Shown: positions 15,917 to 17,312 of the stretch, piece after piece
How positions within the stretch are numbered: the stretch's first letter is position 1
How the letters are laid out: each line of letters opens with the position of its first letter
Virus record (IMG/VR): IMGVR_UViG_2563366888_000002
Location: 1-17,312 of that record
DNA from: a virus
Taxonomy: Duplodnaviria; Heunggongvirae; Uroviricota; Caudoviricetes
DNA: 17,312 nucleotides
Reading direction: 5' to 3' (one strand)
Notes under the pieces: generated by a model
What the model saw: only the letters and a program-made list of their open reading frames with translations
Databases searched by the model: none
Told to the model about the DNA's origin: nothing
Made by a program: the position numbers and the translations under genes

Positions 15917-16018
15917 ATGCGCACATACAATCCAAACTATCTTCTCCTTTCACAGATGCAGAAATGCACCTGCAATTCTTTGCATCTAGCGTTTGACCTC
16001 TGTGGAGGTGAAGCGTGA
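15917..16018 (+). CDS. ylcH: YlcH-like small protein (33 aa)
   Basis: ATG at 15917; translation [33 protein letters not shown]-stop. Stop overlaps the GTG start of the ybcN-like gene, as in DLP12. Recognised from memory. Confidence 0.5.
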   Translation: MRTYNPNYLLLSQMQKCTCNSLHLAFDLCGGEA

Positions 16019-16470
16019 ACCTCCCACAAGATGGCATCAAATTGCATCGCGGTAACTTCACCGCTATCGGTCAGCAGATCCAGCCTTATCTGGAAGACGG
16101 CAAATGCTTTCGCATGGTGCTTAAACCGTGGCGAGAGAGACGCAGTCTTTCCCAGAATGCACTCAGCCACATGTGGTACAGCGAAATCAGTGAATACCTC
16201 ATCAGCAGGGGGAAATCGTTCGCTACCGCAGCATGGGTAAAAGATGCTCTCAAACACACATACCTCGGTTATGAAACCAAGGACCTGGTTGATGTCGTAA
16301 CCGGCGAAATCACTACTATCCAGTCGTTACGCCATACCTCCGATCTTGATACCGGAGAGATGTATGTCTTCCTGTGTAAGGTTGAAGCCTGGGCGATGAA
16401 TATTGGCTGCCACCTGACTATTCCGCAGAGCTGCGAGTTCCAGCTGCTGCGCGACAAGCAGGAGGCGTAA
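16015..16470 (+). CDS. ybcN: YbcN-like protein (NinB-family; DLP12 YbcN is described as a DNA base-flipping protein)
   Basis: 151-aa ORF with GTG start. Translation recognised as near-identical to K-12 DLP12 YbcN ([19 protein letters not shown]...). Contains the [12 protein letters not shown] motif. Confidence 0.85.
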   Translation: MNLPQDGIKLHRGNFTAIGQQIQPYLEDGKCFRMVLKPWRERRSLSQNALSHMWYSEISEYLISRGKSFATAAWVKDALKHTYLGYETKDLVDVVTGEITTIQSLRHTSDLDTGEMYVFLCKVEAWAMNIGCHLTIPQSCEFQLLRDKQEA

Positions 16471-16640
16471 TGGCTACACCGCTTATTCGTGTCATGAACG
16501 GACACATCTACAAAGTACCAAATCGTCGTAAGCGTAAACCTGAGCTGAAGCCATCCGAAATACCAACACTGCTCGGATATACCGCTAGCCTGGTTGATAA
16601 AAAATGGTTGCGACTGGCAGCAAGGAGGAATCATGGCTGA
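16470..16640 (+). CDS. ninE: NinE
   Basis: 56-aa ORF ([56 protein letters not shown]) recognised as NinE. Start overlaps the ybcN stop. Under 60 aa, so absent from the track. Confidence 0.8.
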   Translation: MATPLIRVMNGHIYKVPNRRKRKPELKPSEIPTLLGYTASLVDKKWLRLAARRNHG

Positions 16641-16923
16641 TTTGAGAAAAGCAGCGCGTGGTCGGGAATGCCAGGTAAGAATCCCTGGCGTATGTAATGG
16701 CAACCCTGAAACGTCTGTACTGGCACATATCCGGCTGACTGGATTGTGCGGCACCGGTACGAAACCGCCAGACCTGATTGCCACCATTGCATGTTCTGCC
16801 TGCCACGACGAAATCGACCGCCGCACGCATTTTGTTGACGCTGGATATGCAAAAGAATGCGCGCTGGAAGGTATGGCGAGAACGCAGGTTATCTGGCTGA
16901 AAGAGGGGGTAATTAAGGCGTGA
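16633..16923 (+). CDS. ybcO: YbcO-like DUF1364 protein (Cys-rich, putative nuclease)
   Basis: 96 aa from MADLRK...; recognised as YbcO-like. Overlaps ninE stop. Multiple Cys (CQVRIPGVC...CSACHDE). The track ORF starts at an upstream ATG (16594). Confidence 0.8.
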   Translation: MADLRKAARGRECQVRIPGVCNGNPETSVLAHIRLTGLCGTGTKPPDLIATIACSACHDEIDRRTHFVDAGYAKECALEGMARTQVIWLKEGVIKA

Positions 16924-17253
16924 ATACTTACCACATCACACTACCCTGGCCGCCGAGCAATAACCGCTACTACCGCCATAATCGAGGGCGCACGCACATC
17001 AGCGCAGAAGGGCAGGCATACCGCGATAACGTCGCCCGAATCATTAAAGGCTCAATGCTGGATATCGGTCTGGCTATGCCTGTGAAAATCCGCATTGAGT
17101 GCCACATGCCGGATCGCCGTCGCCGTGACCTGGATAATCTACAAAAAGCCTCTTTTGACGCACTCACCAAAGCAGGTTTCTGGCTGGATGATGCTCAGGT
17201 CGTTGATTACCGCGTTGTGAAGATGCCTGTTACCAAAGGTGGGAGGCTGGAAC
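16920..17253 (+). pseudogene. rusA: rusA (Holliday-junction resolvase), 3'-truncated by IS insertion after about 111 codons
   Basis: GTG start preceded by GAGGGGG. Translation [26 protein letters not shown]...[14 protein letters not shown] matches RusA, then reads into the IS inverted repeat instead of the native C-terminus. Confidence 0.8.
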
Positions 17254-17312
17254 TGAACCGCCCCGGGTTTCCTGGAGAGTGTTTTATCTGTGAACTCAGG
17301 CTGCCAGATCAT
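17254..17312 (-). mobile_element. IS3-family insertion sequence end (same element type as at 1..93, opposite orientation, truncated by window edge)
   Basis: Starts TGAACCGCCCCGGG...; 17254..17312 is the exact reverse complement of 37..95. Interrupts rusA. Confidence 0.7.

Noticed and set aside
16269-16934. Minus-strand 221-aa ORF
   Set aside because: Antisense to the contiguous, recognisable ybcN-ninE-ybcO genes.

Overview
The window is about 2.6 kb of E. coli-type chromosome (3' part of the aconitase-family gene ybhJ, a REP/BIME cluster, ybhC) followed by a lambda attL site and the left arm of a lambda-family prophage, read from int through the nin region. Recognisable prophage genes are int, xis, orf73/TraR-like, orf63, orf60a, exo, bet, gam, a non-lambda immunity region (S24-type cI, Cro-like, CII-like), O with ori iterons, P, a truncated ren, then ybcN/ninE/ybcO/rusA. 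Both window edges are end fragments of the same IS3-family element in inverted orientation, cutting ybhJ on the left and rusA on the right. The segment I consider most worth follow-up is a three-gene cassette (about 4300-6320) that replaces lambda's ea8.5/ea22 region and encodes a TGT-fold protein with the three catalytic Asp positions but no zinc subdomain, i.e. a candidate DpdA-type 7-deazaguanine DNA transglycosylase. Other accessory islands are a BamE-like lipoprotein in the rex position and a low-GC secreted-protein gene plus a 600-bp ORF-free stretch in the nin region. All calls come from reading translations and motifs by eye; no database search or alignment was run, and comparisons to lambda are from memory.
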